Shown: positions 53,033 to 63,370 of the stretch, piece by piece
Position numbering within the stretch: the first letter of the stretch is position 1
Layout of the letters: each line of letters opens with the position of its first letter
Assembly (NCBI GenBank): GCA_947625465.1
Contig: CANQOK010000003.1
Span: forward strand, 68,316-132,315
DNA length: 64,000 bases
Reading direction: 5' to 3'
Origin: an uncultured Lachnospiraceae bacterium
GTDB taxonomy: Bacteria > Bacillota > Clostridia > Lachnospirales > Lachnospiraceae
Translations under genes and position numbers: made by a program
The notes under the pieces: generated by a model
Databases searched by the model: none
What the model saw: the letters and a program-made list of their open reading frames with translations, nothing else
What the model was told of the DNA's origin: nothing

Positions 53033-54712
53033 CTATATTTTTGTTTGTTTTGCCAGTTCTTTCATTTCTTTCGCGTTTTTAAGCACCGCATCCGTGATCG
53101 TTTCTCCGCCCAACAGCCGCGCCAGTTCCGCAATGCTTCCGGATTCCGAAAGCTGCGAGATCTCCGTATAGGTTCTGCCGGATCTGACAGTTTTTTCTAT
53201 TTTATAATGCCGATCCGCCATGGCCGCGATCTGCGGCAGATGCGTAATGCAGATCACCTGCTTCTGTTTTCCCAGCTGCGCCAGCTGTTTGGAAACCAAC
53301 TGCGCTGTTTTTCCGCTGATCCCCGCATCGATCTCATCAAAGATCAGGGTATCTACTTCATCCTCTCTTGCCAGAATCGTGCGGATCGCCAGCATGATCC
53401 TTGAAAGTTCCCCGCCGGAAGCAATCTTGGCCAGCGGCTTTTCCGGCTCTCCCGGATTTGTGGAAATCATAAATTCCACTTCATCCGCGCCGCTGCTTTC
53501 CGGTCTGTCCAGCTGCCGAAACTTCACGAAAAACCGCACATCCAGAAAATTCAGCATGCGAAGACTGTCAATGATCGCCGGTTCCAGTTCCTTTGCGGCC
53601 TGTTTCCGCAGCGTCGTCAGAACCGCGCTCTCCTTTTCCAGCTCTGCCCTGACGCGCGCCAACTGTCCGTTTGCCTCCTGCCGCTTTTGATCATAATTCT
53701 GCAGTTTTTCAAGCTCTGCCTTTTTTTCTTCACAAAATGCCGCTATTTCCGTAACAGTATGCCCATATTTACTCTGAAGATTCCGGATCAGATCCAGACG
53801 TTCCGTCATTTCCACCAGCGCCGCTTCATCCAGAGAAAATTCCTCCATATAATCCTGGATCCCTCTGGTAAAATCGGAACAAAGCGCTTCCAGATCTACG
53901 ATCTGTTTTTCAAATTCCTCTAATGCCAGATCCAGATCCGTCAGCTTTTTCAAAGCGCCCGCGCTTTCACTGATCCTATCCTGAATGCTTCCGCGGGAAT
54001 CATAAGAAAACCGGCTGTAGATTTCCTGCAGAGTCTCCAGAATCTTCTTTCCATTCTGCAGTTTCCTGCAGTTTTGTTCTAATTCCGCTTCCTCTCCTTC
54101 TTTTAGCGCGGCAGACTCTATTTCGGAGATAACAAATTCCAGATATGCGCACTCGCGCAGTCTGGCTTCTTCATCCATATCGTAAGAAGCCGCTTCCTTT
54201 TCCCATTCCCGATACTGCCGGTACAGGGCGGCAACTTTTTCTTTCTGCGTCCGGATGCTCTCTTTGCCAAACGCATCCAGGATTTCCAGATGTTTCTTTG
54301 TATACAATAAAGACTGATGGTCATGCTGCCCGTGGATATCCAGCAAATGCCGGGTAATCTGCTGTACGGTATGTAACGGAACCGTCTCTCCGTTGATCTT
54401 GACGGTACTTCTGCCCTCCGTGATCCGGCGGGAAATAATGAGGACATCTTCATCATCCGCGTCCAATCCCGCATCCGCCAGAAACCGCCGTTCTTTTTCT
54501 CCCATAGAAAAAACCAGTTCCACCAGAGCGTAATCCGCATCCTGTCTGATCAGGTCTTTTGAGACTTTCTGTCCCAGCGCCAGATTCAGCGATCCCAGAA
54601 GAATAGATTTACCGGCTCCGGTTTCACCTGTCAGTATGTGCAGACCGTCTCCAAAATAAACATCCGCCTCTCCAATCAAAGCCAAATTTTTTACATGAAG
54701 ATTTTGCAGCAT
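53033..54712 (-). CDS. recN: DNA repair protein RecN
   Basis: MLQNLHVKNLALIGEADVYFGDGLHILTGETGAGKSILLG (Walker A), long coiled coil, C-terminal ..ASGGELSRIMLAI..LIFDEIDAGISG.. Start moved to ATG 54712, preceded by AAAGGAG. Confidence 0.95.
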   Translation of the reverse strand: MLQNLHVKNLALIGEADVYFGDGLHILTGETGAGKSILLGSLNLALGQKVSKDLIRQDADYALVELVFSMGEKERRFLADAGLDADDEDVLIISRRITEGRSTVKINGETVPLHTVQQITRHLLDIHGQHDHQSLLYTKKHLEILDAFGKESIRTQKEKVAALYRQYREWEKEAASYDMDEEARLRECAYLEFVISEIESAALKEGEEAELEQNCRKLQNGKKILETLQEIYSRFSYDSRGSIQDRISESAGALKKLTDLDLALEEFEKQIVDLEALCSDFTRGIQDYMEEFSLDEAALVEMTERLDLIRNLQSKYGHTVTEIAAFCEEKKAELEKLQNYDQKRQEANGQLARVRAELEKESAVLTTLRKQAAKELEPAIIDSLRMLNFLDVRFFVKFRQLDRPESSGADEVEFMISTNPGEPEKPLAKIASGGELSRIMLAIRTILAREDEVDTLIFDEIDAGISGKTAQLVSKQLAQLGKQKQVICITHLPQIAAMADRHYKIEKTVRSGRTYTEISQLSESGSIAELARLLGGETITDAVLKNAKEMKELAKQTKI

Positions 54713-54714
54713 TC

Positions 54715-55182
54715 CTACTCCTTTTTCTGGTTTTTCTCTAATATCGTTTCTAATTTTTCGATCATTTGCCTGCTCTGCGCCTTTTCGCTGATGGCGCAGA
54801 AAATTGTATCGTCTCCTGCGATACACCCGATAATACCGGTTATGCGAAGCGCGTCAATCGCGGCCGCAACCGCCATTGCCATACCGGATACCGTACGGAT
54901 CACCAGCAGGTTTCCCGATGCTTCCACAGAAAGAAATCCATCCTGCAGGACGCGGATATATTTTTTCCCGGGGTTGATCTCCGTGTTCGTCATCACCGTA
55001 TATTTCTGCTTCAATCCGTGAGAAGGCACCTTGGTAAGCTGCAGCTGCCGGATATCCCGGGATACCGTAGCCTGCGTCACATCAAAGCCCGCATCCGTCA
55101 GATACCGCGCCAGTTCCTCCTGCGTTTCGATCTCATATTGCTCGATCAATTCCAAAATTTTCTTATGTCTTAAGCTCTTCAT
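54715..55182 (-). CDS. argR: arginine repressor
   Basis: 155-aa ORF. ..Q.EL...L...G..VTQATVSRDI..L.L.KV winged helix and C-terminal ..IAGDDTIF.. Confidence 0.93.
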   Translation of the reverse strand: MKSLRHKKILELIEQYEIETQEELARYLTDAGFDVTQATVSRDIRQLQLTKVPSHGLKQKYTVMTNTEINPGKKYIRVLQDGFLSVEASGNLLVIRTVSGMAMAVAAAIDALRITGIIGCIAGDDTIFCAISEKAQSRQMIEKLETILEKNQKKE

Positions 55183-55192
55183 GACCTTCTCC

Positions 55193-56053
55193 TTATATAT
55201 CGCTCATTTTCTGCTGTAAAACTTCCAAAAACCCCAAATTCCCAAGTTTTAAAACCGATGTAGTCTTACCTGACCGCCGAATCTCAATCCGATCCCCCGG
55301 TTTTAAGGCAATCGTCTCATAACCGTCAAAAGCGGCGATCGGTTCCCCCGTATTGCCCTGACTGCCGCCGATCTCGACGGTTACCACGTCTTCCGCCGAC
55401 AAAATGATGCTCCTGGCGTTCATGGTGTGCGGGCAGATAGGCGTCAGCAGGATCAGATTGGCTTTCGGCTCTACCAGCGGACCGCCTGCCGAAAGATTAT
55501 AGGCCGTAGAACCTGTCGGCGTCCCTACGATCATTCCGTCCGCCCGATACTGCTTTAACAGTTTGCCATTGACATATACACGAAAATCCAGAATCCGGAG
55601 CGGACCGCTTCTGTTGACCACGATGTCGTTTAAAGCGATGTGAGAACCTATGCTGTTTCCGTTTCGGATCACATTTCCGGATAACATCATCCGGTGCTCC
55701 GTTTCATGGCGTCCTTCCAGCAGCGCGTCCAGCTTCTCCGTGATATTTTGCTGATCCAGTTCTGTCAAAAAACCAAGTTTTCCGAAATTGACGCCGATCA
55801 GCGGAATATCTCTGGCCGCCAGATCCCGGGCCGCCTGGATCATAGTTCCGTCACCGCCCAGCACGATCACGCATTCCGTATCTTCCGGCACCGAATTCGG
55901 ATCGGTATACCGATAGCCCCGCTTCTGCTCGCATTCTATACTTTCATGGACCAGACAGGTCCCGCCGTGACCGATGATATACTGTTGGATGTGATTTGCC
56001 ATCGTCAGCTGATTATCTTTTTCCGGATTGGCAATTACAAAAAAATGTTTCAT
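55193..56053 (-). CDS. nadK: NAD kinase
   Basis: ..VIVLGGDGTMIQAAR.., ..NFGKLGFLTE.., ..DGMIVGTPTGSTAYNLSAGGP.. The start at ATG 56053 (MKHFFVI) or 56065 is uncertain. Confidence 0.92.
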   Translation of the reverse strand: MKHFFVIANPEKDNQLTMANHIQQYIIGHGGTCLVHESIECEQKRGYRYTDPNSVPEDTECVIVLGGDGTMIQAARDLAARDIPLIGVNFGKLGFLTELDQQNITEKLDALLEGRHETEHRMMLSGNVIRNGNSIGSHIALNDIVVNRSGPLRILDFRVYVNGKLLKQYRADGMIVGTPTGSTAYNLSAGGPLVEPKANLILLTPICPHTMNARSIILSAEDVVTVEIGGSQGNTGEPIAAFDGYETIALKPGDRIEIRRSGKTTSVLKLGNLGFLEVLQQKMSDI

Positions 56054-56073
56054 GTTTAACCCCATCTACAATT

Positions 56074-56883
56074 TTACAGATCCAGAGCGTCGTGCGCCGC
56101 TTCCACGACCTGCTCCGGCAGTCCCGCAAACGCTCTCTGTGCCGCGGCGTCCGCCGCATTTGACAGATACAGCAGATATTCAATATTTCCTTCCGGTCCC
56201 TTTACCGGTGAAAATTCCAGATCCAGAAGCACATATCCGATGGAGACCGCAAAATCGGCGACGGCCTGAATAACTTCCAGATGTACCTGCTTATCCCGGA
56301 CCACGCCTTTTTTCCCTACTTTTTCTCTTCCTGCTTCAAACTGCGGTTTGATCAGACAGACTATCTGCCCGTCCGGTTTCAGCAGCGCCTTAACGGGTCC
56401 GAGTACCTTTGTCAGAGAGATAAACGACACGTCGATGGAAACAAAATCCAGTTGCTCCGGCACATGCTCCGGCAATACATAACGGATATTGGTCTTTTCC
56501 ATACAGACGACTCTGCTGTCATTGCGCAGCTTCCAGTCCAGCTGTCCGTGTCCCACATCCACTGCGTAAACCTTTGCCGCGCCGTTCTGCAGCATACAGT
56601 CGGTAAAGCCGCCTGTGGAAGCTCCCACGTCCATGCAGACACAGCCGGCTAACGCAATGGGAAAACAGTTGACCGCCTTTTCCAGCTTTAAACCGCCGCG
56701 GCTTACATAAGGCAGAGTATTGCCGCGTACTTCAATTGATACCTGCGGGTCAAACATAGAACCGGCTTTGTCTTCTTTCTGATTCTCGACATAGACGGCG
56801 CCGCTCATGATCACTGCCTTTGCCTTTTCTCTGGACGCCGCCAGCCCTCTGTTTACCAATAATATATCCAGACGTTCTTTCAT
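56074..56883 (-). CDS. tlyA: TlyA family rRNA (cytidine-2'-O)-methyltransferase
   Basis: 269-aa ORF. S4-like N-terminus (RLDILLV.RGLA.SREKAKA.I..G.V) and FtsJ SAM motif DVGASTGGFTDC. ATGA overlap with the dxs stop. Confidence 0.9.
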   Translation of the reverse strand: MKERLDILLVNRGLAASREKAKAVIMSGAVYVENQKEDKAGSMFDPQVSIEVRGNTLPYVSRGGLKLEKAVNCFPIALAGCVCMDVGASTGGFTDCMLQNGAAKVYAVDVGHGQLDWKLRNDSRVVCMEKTNIRYVLPEHVPEQLDFVSIDVSFISLTKVLGPVKALLKPDGQIVCLIKPQFEAGREKVGKKGVVRDKQVHLEVIQAVADFAVSIGYVLLDLEFSPVKGPEGNIEYLLYLSNAADAAAQRAFAGLPEQVVEAAHDALDL

Positions 56884-58739
56884 TCTGCCATTTTCTCCTG
56901 AATCCGCCTGACGATCTTTCCGGCCTCAAATCCGTTTTCCTGCATCAGGATATCCAGACTGCCATGCTCTATATACATATTCGGAATCGCAATGGGCAAA
57001 AATGCCTGTTTGTAATTCCGGCTGTTCAGATACCGCAGCACATGCTCGCCGAATCCGCCGTTCAGCACATTTTCTTCCATCGTAACAATACAGCTGTGCG
57101 TCGGGATCAGACGGTCGAGCAGTTCTTCATCCAGCGGCTTTACAAAGCGCGCGTTTACCAGCGTCACATAATGTCCCTGCTCCTTTAAAAGCTTCCGTAC
57201 CTGTTCCGCCAGCTTCACCATATTGCCTGCCGCGATCAGCGCGATTTCTTTTTCTTTATACAGGATCTCACTCTTACCGAAACAGATCGGCTCCTTAAAT
57301 TCTTCCAGCCCGGTATAGGCTTCGCCTCTGGGATAGCGGATCGCCATCGGGAAGGAAACATCCGCCGAAAATTCGATCATCTGCTGCAGTTCCCAGCCGT
57401 TTTTCGGCGCCATAACATGCATATTGGGAATATGGGACAGATAAGACAGATCGAAAATTCCCTGATGCGTCTCCCCGTCGCCGCCTACAATCCCGGCCCG
57501 ATCGATCAGGAACGTAACCGGCAGATTCTGAATACAGACGTCATGGATCATCTGATCATATCCTCTCTGCAGGAAGGAAGAATAGATCGCGACAAACGGA
57601 TGGAATCCGGCGGCCGCCAGTCCTGCCGCAAAAGTAACCGCATGTTCTTCCGCGATTCCCACATCGAAAAACCGCTCCGGGAAATGCCGCCTGAATGCTT
57701 TCAGGCCTGTCCCGTCCGCCATGGCCGCGGTAATCGCTGCCAGATTTTTCCGTTCGCTTCCCAGTTCAACCAGTTTTTTGGAAACCAGGTCCGTATACGT
57801 TACTGTTTTCTTTTGATTTAACGGTTTCCCGGTCATGCTGTCAAAGGGTTCCACCCCATGAAATCTGGCCGGAAACTTCTCCGCATAGGGATAGCCCTTT
57901 CCCTTTTTGGTGATCACATGCACCAGAACCGGATGCGGCAGATGGATCGCCTCTTTGAAAATGGAAACCATCTCTTCGATATTGTGCCCGTCTACCGGTC
58001 CCAGATATGTAATTCCCATATTTTCAAACAACATACCCGGCACGATGATCTGCTTGATACTGCTTTTGGCCTTTTTCAGTCCCCGGATCACATTGTCGCC
58101 GCCGGGGATTTTATTTAACGTATTGACGACGCCGTTTTTCAGATCGTTATAACGGCTGCCGGCACGCATTTTCGTTAAATAGCGGGACATTCCGCCTACA
58201 TTTCTGGAAATGGACATTTCATTGTCATTTAATACGATAAGGAAATTCCGTTTCAGAGAAGCCGCGTTGTTCAGCGCTTCAAACGCCATACCGCCTGTCA
58301 GCGCGCCGTCTCCGACTACAGCAGCCACCAGACTGTCATCCTTGTTCAGCCATTTTCCGTTTACAATTCCCAAAGCCGCAGACAGTGCGGTAGAACTGTG
58401 TCCGGTTCCAAAACAGTCGCAGCTGCTTTCCCTGCGCTTGGGGAATCCGCTCATACCGCCGTATTTCCGCAGCCCGTCAAATTCTTCTTTTCTGCCGCTC
58501 AGCAATTTATGCGTATACGACTGATGCCCTACGTCCCAGACCAGCTGATCTTTCGGGAAATCCATCACCAGATGCAGAGCAATCGTAAGCTCCACAACGC
58601 CCAGATTGGACGCAAGATGTCCGCCCGTCTGACTGACCTTGTCGATCAGAAACTGCCGGATCTCCTCCGCGAGCACGCCGTAATCTTTCGGGTCTATGTT
58701 TTTTATGTCATTTACCTGTTGTATTTGTTCCAGTACCAT
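56880..58739 (-). CDS. dxs: 1-deoxy-D-xylulose-5-phosphate synthase
   Basis: 619-aa ORF. ..TGGHLASNLGVVELT.ALH.., ..GHSSTALSAALG.., TPP motif GDGALTGGMAFEALNNA. Confidence 0.97.
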   Translation of the reverse strand: MVLEQIQQVNDIKNIDPKDYGVLAEEIRQFLIDKVSQTGGHLASNLGVVELTIALHLVMDFPKDQLVWDVGHQSYTHKLLSGRKEEFDGLRKYGGMSGFPKRRESSCDCFGTGHSSTALSAALGIVNGKWLNKDDSLVAAVVGDGALTGGMAFEALNNAASLKRNFLIVLNDNEMSISRNVGGMSRYLTKMRAGSRYNDLKNGVVNTLNKIPGGDNVIRGLKKAKSSIKQIIVPGMLFENMGITYLGPVDGHNIEEMVSIFKEAIHLPHPVLVHVITKKGKGYPYAEKFPARFHGVEPFDSMTGKPLNQKKTVTYTDLVSKKLVELGSERKNLAAITAAMADGTGLKAFRRHFPERFFDVGIAEEHAVTFAAGLAAAGFHPFVAIYSSFLQRGYDQMIHDVCIQNLPVTFLIDRAGIVGGDGETHQGIFDLSYLSHIPNMHVMAPKNGWELQQMIEFSADVSFPMAIRYPRGEAYTGLEEFKEPICFGKSEILYKEKEIALIAAGNMVKLAEQVRKLLKEQGHYVTLVNARFVKPLDEELLDRLIPTHSCIVTMEENVLNGGFGEHVLRYLNSRNYKQAFLPIAIPNMYIEHGSLDILMQENGFEAGKIVRRIQEKMAE

Positions 58740-58749
58740 TGTATTCCCT

Positions 58750-59637
58750 CTATTTTCTGCGTTTGGTCAGATATGTAAACAAGTCCGGCAAAAATGTTTC
58801 CTCCGGACTGATCTTTCGTACCAGCGCGACAGCCTCTTTGGTCAGCTGCACAGATGCCTTCTCCGCCTGTTCCATTCCAAACAGTGAAACATAGGTTGTC
58901 TTTTCATTCCGAATATCACTGCCGATCGGTTTGCCCAGTTCCTCCTGGGTTCCCACGATATCCAGGATATCATCCTGAATCTGAAAGGCAACGCCCAGTT
59001 TTTCTCCGGCTTCCCGCATATCCTGCCGCTCCGCTTCGGACGCGCCGCCCATAATGGCGCCTACTTCCATGGAACAGGAAAGAAACGCGCCGGTCTTATA
59101 GCGGAAAATATAAGAGATCAGGTCCTCGTCCAGCGGTTTCCCGGTCATGATCACATCTACATATTGTCCGCCCAGCATGCCGCCGATTCCGCCTGCTTTG
59201 CTTAAACAAAGCAGGGCCTGTCCATACCGGACCGGATCTTCTGTCTCTGTCAGCCCTTTGGCGGCCACCTCAAACGCATAGTTTAACAGTGCGTCTCCCG
59301 CCAGGATTCCGGTGCTTTCGCCGTAAACGCTGTGCGTCGTGCGCTTTCCTCTCCGGTATGTATCATTGTCAATCGCCGGAAGGTCATCATGCACCAGCGA
59401 CGCGGTATGCATACATTCGATCGCCATCATAAACGGTTCTGCCGGCTCTGTCCGGCCACAGAACATCCGGCAGGTTTCCGCCATCAGCATGGGACGAAGC
59501 CGTTTCCCGCCTGCCAGAATACTGTAATTCATGGCCTCTGCCAATCCTTTGGCATAGCCTGTTTCTTCCGGAAGATAGCGGCGGATGATCTGATCGCACC
59601 ATTCCGTTTTTTGTTGTATCTGCTCTGTTATTTTCAT
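58750..59637 (-). CDS. ispA: polyprenyl (farnesyl/geranylgeranyl) diphosphate synthase
   Basis: First Asp-rich motif LVHDDLPAIDNDTYRRG and second FQIQDDILD. Start moved to ATG 59637 (MKITEQIQ), which overlaps the xseB stop by 4 nt. Confidence 0.92.
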   Translation of the reverse strand: MKITEQIQQKTEWCDQIIRRYLPEETGYAKGLAEAMNYSILAGGKRLRPMLMAETCRMFCGRTEPAEPFMMAIECMHTASLVHDDLPAIDNDTYRRGKRTTHSVYGESTGILAGDALLNYAFEVAAKGLTETEDPVRYGQALLCLSKAGGIGGMLGGQYVDVIMTGKPLDEDLISYIFRYKTGAFLSCSMEVGAIMGGASEAERQDMREAGEKLGVAFQIQDDILDIVGTQEELGKPIGSDIRNEKTTYVSLFGMEQAEKASVQLTKEAVALVRKISPEETFLPDLFTYLTKRRK

Positions 59638-59888
59638 AAATCTGTCCCCTCTGTAGGAGTTTCTTCCAAAACAACCAGCTGCTTTTCCGCGGTTTCGATC
59701 CGTTCCTGGCAAAACGCCGCCAGCTTCATTCCCTGCTGATATAAAACCATCGAGTCCTCCAGCGAGACAGAAGAATCTTCCAGTTTCTTTACCACCGCGT
59801 CCAGTCTGTCAAACGCTTCTTCCAGCGTTGTGGGATCCGGCTCCGTCTGCTCCGGGACCTGTTCTAATGCTTCCTTTTTTTCTTCCAT
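59634..59888 (-). CDS. xseB: exodeoxyribonuclease VII small subunit
   Basis: 84-aa helical ORF. ..LEEAF.RLD.VVKKLE....SLEDS..LYQQG..L...C is typical of XseB, and it lies directly after xseA. Confidence 0.9.
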   Translation of the reverse strand: MEEKKEALEQVPEQTEPDPTTLEEAFDRLDAVVKKLEDSSVSLEDSMVLYQQGMKLAAFCQERIETAEKQLVVLEETPTEGTDL

Positions 59889-59912
59889 ATCCTCTTATTG
59901 TTCCCTCTTTCT

Positions 59913-61109
59913 TTATATTGAACTGCACTCCGTTACCTGTGCGGAAATTTTACCGTCCGCCAGCCGGATGGTAAGCAGATCCCCCGGATTCACCTGTTCC
60001 GGGTGTTCCAACGGAATCCCGTCTGCCGTAATATACCCATACCCGCCGCACAGTTTCTTTAACGGAGAAAGATCCTGCAATCTCTGACAAATGAGTTCCA
60101 GCGAATTTTTTTTCTGCGTCAGTTTCTGCCGGATACAGTACTGCAGTCTGGTCTGATATTCGCTGTACTGATTCCGCTTCCGCTCCAGCCTGTTTGCGGG
60201 AGCGCAGAACCGCACGATCGTCCGATACCGTTCCAGACATGACGCCGCATTCCGTATCTTCTGCTCAGCCGCATTCTGCAGACGCACTTCCAGATCGCAG
60301 GCATAAGACAGAGCCTGCCGGTAATCAAATACCGCCTGCTCCGCCGCCGCAGACGGCGTCGGCGCACGCAGATCCGCCACCCAGTCCACAATCGTCGTAT
60401 CCGTTTCATGCCCTACCGCGGATATGACCGGCGTATTGCAGTTAAAAATAGCTTCCGCTACGATCCGTTCGTTAAACGCCCACAGATCTTCGATCGAACC
60501 GCCGCCGCGTCCTACGATCAGGACATCCAGTCCCATCCGGTCCAGACAGCGGATCCCATTCACAATGGTTTCGGCAGCGCCGTCACCCTGTACCTGTGCC
60601 GGGTAAAGGTAAAGCTGTACATAGGGATTCCGCCTGCCAGCAATCTGTACCATATCCTGGATCGCGGCTCCGGTCTTTGCCGTGACGATCCCCACCCTGC
60701 TGACATAACGGGGAATCGGCTTCTTATAGATCGGATCAAACATCCCCATTTCTTCCAGTTCGTTCTTTAACTGCAGATACCGGGCGTACAGATCACCTAC
60801 GCCCTCTTTCCGTATCTCTTTCGCATAGATCTGGTAACGGCCGTCCCTTTCATAAACTGAGATCTCTCCGCTTACGATCACCCGGTCTCCGTTTTCCATC
60901 CGAAACCGAAGTCCCTGCCGGTTCCCGGCAAACATAACTGCCGGCAGCACGCCGCCGGCATCCTTCAGGCTGAAATAAATATGCCCGGAGGTGTGATATT
61001 TCAGATTACTGACCTCTCCTTTCACAGAGATCCGGCCCAGCATAAAATCCTGTTCAAACAGATTCCGGATATATCGGTTTACCTGACTGACTGTATAAAC
61101 ATTTCCCAT
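59913..61109 (-). CDS. xseA: exodeoxyribonuclease VII large subunit
   Basis: 398-aa ORF. ..YTVSQVNRYI..LFE.D......V.GEVSN.K.H.SGH.YFSLKD.. (OB fold) and ..VGRGGGSIEDLW.FN.E.. Confidence 0.95.
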   Translation of the reverse strand: MGNVYTVSQVNRYIRNLFEQDFMLGRISVKGEVSNLKYHTSGHIYFSLKDAGGVLPAVMFAGNRQGLRFRMENGDRVIVSGEISVYERDGRYQIYAKEIRKEGVGDLYARYLQLKNELEEMGMFDPIYKKPIPRYVSRVGIVTAKTGAAIQDMVQIAGRRNPYVQLYLYPAQVQGDGAAETIVNGIRCLDRMGLDVLIVGRGGGSIEDLWAFNERIVAEAIFNCNTPVISAVGHETDTTIVDWVADLRAPTPSAAAEQAVFDYRQALSYACDLEVRLQNAAEQKIRNAASCLERYRTIVRFCAPANRLERKRNQYSEYQTRLQYCIRQKLTQKKNSLELICQRLQDLSPLKKLCGGYGYITADGIPLEHPEQVNPGDLLTIRLADGKISAQVTECSSI

Positions 61110-61127
61110 CTCTGCTCTCCGTTCCCG

Positions 61128-61550
61128 TCAGTTTTCGCCGTTTTTTTTCACCAGCTTGGCCAGCACGCCGTTAATAAAAGACGGAGAATCATCGCCGCCA
61201 TACTTCTTAGCCAGCTCCACAGCCTCATTGATTGCCACCTTAACCGGAATATCGGCATCATATTCCATCTCATAATAAGCCAGCCGAAGCAAGGTCAGAT
61301 CCACCCGGTTCATCCGATCCAGATCCCAGCCCTCCGACGCGGCCGCGATCGCGCTGTCCAGTTCCGGCAGATTCGCCAGGACCGCTTTTACCCGTCCGGC
61401 AATAGCGGCCTGTTCTTCTTCCGTGGATTCCTCCAGCCCGTCCGCATAGGCAAAGAACAGTTCACACTGTTCCGCATGCTCCTCTTCCCGGTAAAAAGTC
61501 TTGTCAAATAACAGTTTGAACACATTTTCCCTCTGCTGTCTCCGTGTCAT
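61128..61550 (-). CDS. nusB: transcription antitermination factor NusB
   Basis: [15 protein letters not shown].. and ..[25 protein letters not shown]. Start moved to ATG 61550, preceded by GGAGGAG. Confidence 0.92.
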   Translation of the reverse strand: MTRRQQRENVFKLLFDKTFYREEEHAEQCELFFAYADGLEESTEEEQAAIAGRVKAVLANLPELDSAIAAASEGWDLDRMNRVDLTLLRLAYYEMEYDADIPVKVAINEAVELAKKYGGDDSPSFINGVLAKLVKKNGEN

Positions 61551-61610
61551 ACTACTCCTCCGCATATGTAAAAGGCTGTTACAAGTATCCTCTGCAACAG
61601 CCCCTCGCTC

Positions 61611-61985
61611 TTATTTCTGAATGTCTACACTGGCAATCTTTACATTAACCGCTGCCACTTTCAAACCTGTCATATTCTCAATCGCTGCTTTTACCTTTTC
61701 CTGTACCTTGCCGGAAACATCAACCAAATTGTATTTATACTCCAGATTCAAAGAAAGATCCACCGTTACGACGCCGTCTTCCACTTCAATGGTCACGCCC
61801 TTTGAAAGATTCTTCATTCCCAGCTTGGAAATCAGTTCCGCTGTAATGTTGCCTGCCATGGAAGCGACACCCTTTACTTCCATCGCCGCCAGTCCCGCAA
61901 TGATCGCGACTACATCATCCGCGATCTGAACTTCGCCGATCGAACCGGCCGCATCCGTCCTGTACATGTTCTCCGATCCCTCCAT
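61611..61985 (-). CDS. Asp23/Gls24 family envelope stress protein
   Basis: 124-aa ORF. ..G.V.IADDVVAIIAGLAA.EV.GV..M.G and ..V.V.V..V are typical of Asp23 (B. subtilis YqhY position). AGGAGG lies 8 nt upstream of the ATG at 61985. Confidence 0.88.
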   Translation of the reverse strand: MEGSENMYRTDAAGSIGEVQIADDVVAIIAGLAAMEVKGVASMAGNITAELISKLGMKNLSKGVTIEVEDGVVTVDLSLNLEYKYNLVDVSGKVQEKVKAAIENMTGLKVAAVNVKIASVDIQK

Positions 61986-62087
61986 GTCCGTTACCTCCTG
62001 TCATATTTCATAATGCATATTTATACGGATATTATACCAAAAAAACGGACAAATGCAAGTGAAACTTCCTGGCAGCCCAAAGTTCTT

Positions 62088-62762
62088 CTATTTTTTCGCT
62101 TCTTCCTGGATCGGCGTGATATAAATGGCGGAAACCTCCGCGCCGGTCTTGCGTTTGACGATATCCTCGATCTGCGCCCGGTTCATATCGGACAGATCAT
62201 TCATTCCGACCGCCACATCTACCTTTCCGTCCGTGATCGTTACAACGGAATTGCTGTATCCCTTGGCAGTCAGCAGATTCTCGGCGGCTGCCTCCCGTTC
62301 CTCATTTTCCGTCAGTTCAACCAGTTTTTGTACCGCTTCTTCCTTTGCGGCGTCATTGAGACTGTTATTGTCAATGATGCCCTGCAGCGTTTGTTTGCTT
62401 TTCGCGCGGACCTGCTCCCTGTTTAGCTTTGCCGCTGCCGCGATATTATCCGCGCTGACACTGTTTACCAGCACGGCCTCCCCGGGATTGGCCCCGGTTT
62501 CTGTTTCTTTGGATTCCGCTTCCTTCGTCTCGGTCTGTGTATCGGCAGACAATGCCTCTTCCTGTCCTTCCTCCGGGCTGACGATATCCACGCCGGTCTC
62601 CGCTCCCTGCAGCAGGATCTGTTCCGAATCCGGATTGATCTCCGTCCCCGCCTGTTTTTCCCTGCTCTGATTCGCATAAGTCAAATACCCTGCAACCGCA
62701 ATCATTACCGCTAAACCGGTTGCAATCACCTGATTTTTTCTGATTATTTTTTTCCCTTTCAT
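62088..62762 (-). CDS. spoIIIAH: stage III sporulation protein AH
   Basis: 224-aa ORF. N-terminal TM (VIATGLAVMIAVAGYL), a low-complexity linker, and a C-terminal YscJ/FliF-like domain (..AENLLTAKGYSNSVVTITDGKVDVAV......QIEDIV). Last gene of a spoIIIA series. Confidence 0.85.
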   Translation of the reverse strand: MKGKKIIRKNQVIATGLAVMIAVAGYLTYANQSREKQAGTEINPDSEQILLQGAETGVDIVSPEEGQEEALSADTQTETKEAESKETETGANPGEAVLVNSVSADNIAAAAKLNREQVRAKSKQTLQGIIDNNSLNDAAKEEAVQKLVELTENEEREAAAENLLTAKGYSNSVVTITDGKVDVAVGMNDLSDMNRAQIEDIVKRKTGAEVSAIYITPIQEEAKK

Positions 62763-62791
62763 GCTGATCCTCCCTCTTCTTTATTCTTTGT

Positions 62792-63370
62792 TTACCGCAT
62801 TTCGGAAACTGCAACTTTATTTGCGGGCAGTTCGAACAGGGCTTCCACCACCTCTATGATGGCAGCCGCGACCTGCGGATTCTTGCCGCCCTCAGCAACA
62901 ACTGCGATTCCACTCACTGACGGGCTCAGTTCCTTTACCACATAAGGCATCTGATTCCCGTTTTCGTCCGTTATGTACACACTGTTCTGCTGATTCCGGA
63001 TTTCCTCGTTTTCAACTCGTCGGCTGTCTTCTCCCTCCTGACTGTTTTTGTTTTTTTCATATACACTGTCCTCCTGAATCACCTTTTCCGCTGTGGATTC
63101 CCATGTGATCATAACCGACACCTTTCCGGCTCCGTTGATCTCTGAAAGCAGAGCTTCCAGATTTTCTTCCACACTCTTCCGATACGCCGTGTCATTCTGT
63201 ATTTCCGCAATTGGTCCGACCACGGAAGTCTGTTCTTCTTTATCTCCTGATTTTACCGGAAGACTGACGATCACCAGCAGGATCCCCGCTGCTGCCAGCA
63301 GGATCCATTTGTCAATTCCTATATTCTTAAATTTAAATTTTTTTAGGCTTCTTTTCTCTCCTTCCATCAC
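62792..63370 (-). CDS. spoIIIAG: stage III sporulation protein AG
   Basis: 192-aa ORF. N-terminal TM (WILLAAAGILLVIV) and C-terminal ..PSVSGIAVVAEGG.NPQV...I.EVV.ALF.....KV.V. It sits between AF and AH. Confidence 0.85.
   Translation of the reverse strand: MMEGEKRSLKKFKFKNIGIDKWILLAAAGILLVIVSLPVKSGDKEEQTSVVGPIAEIQNDTAYRKSVEENLEALLSEINGAGKVSVMITWESTAEKVIQEDSVYEKNKNSQEGEDSRRVENEEIRNQQNSVYITDENGNQMPYVVKELSPSVSGIAVVAEGGKNPQVAAAIIEVVEALFELPANKVAVSEMR

Noticed and set aside
54713-54826. N-terminal 38-codon extension of the recN ORF. Similar 5' extensions occur on the spo0A, yicC, ispA, nusB, glgA and tmcAL ORFs.
   Set aside because: The extensions overlap upstream genes or promoters and are basic junk-like sequence. 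In each case an internal ATG with a strong SD begins the conserved N-terminus.
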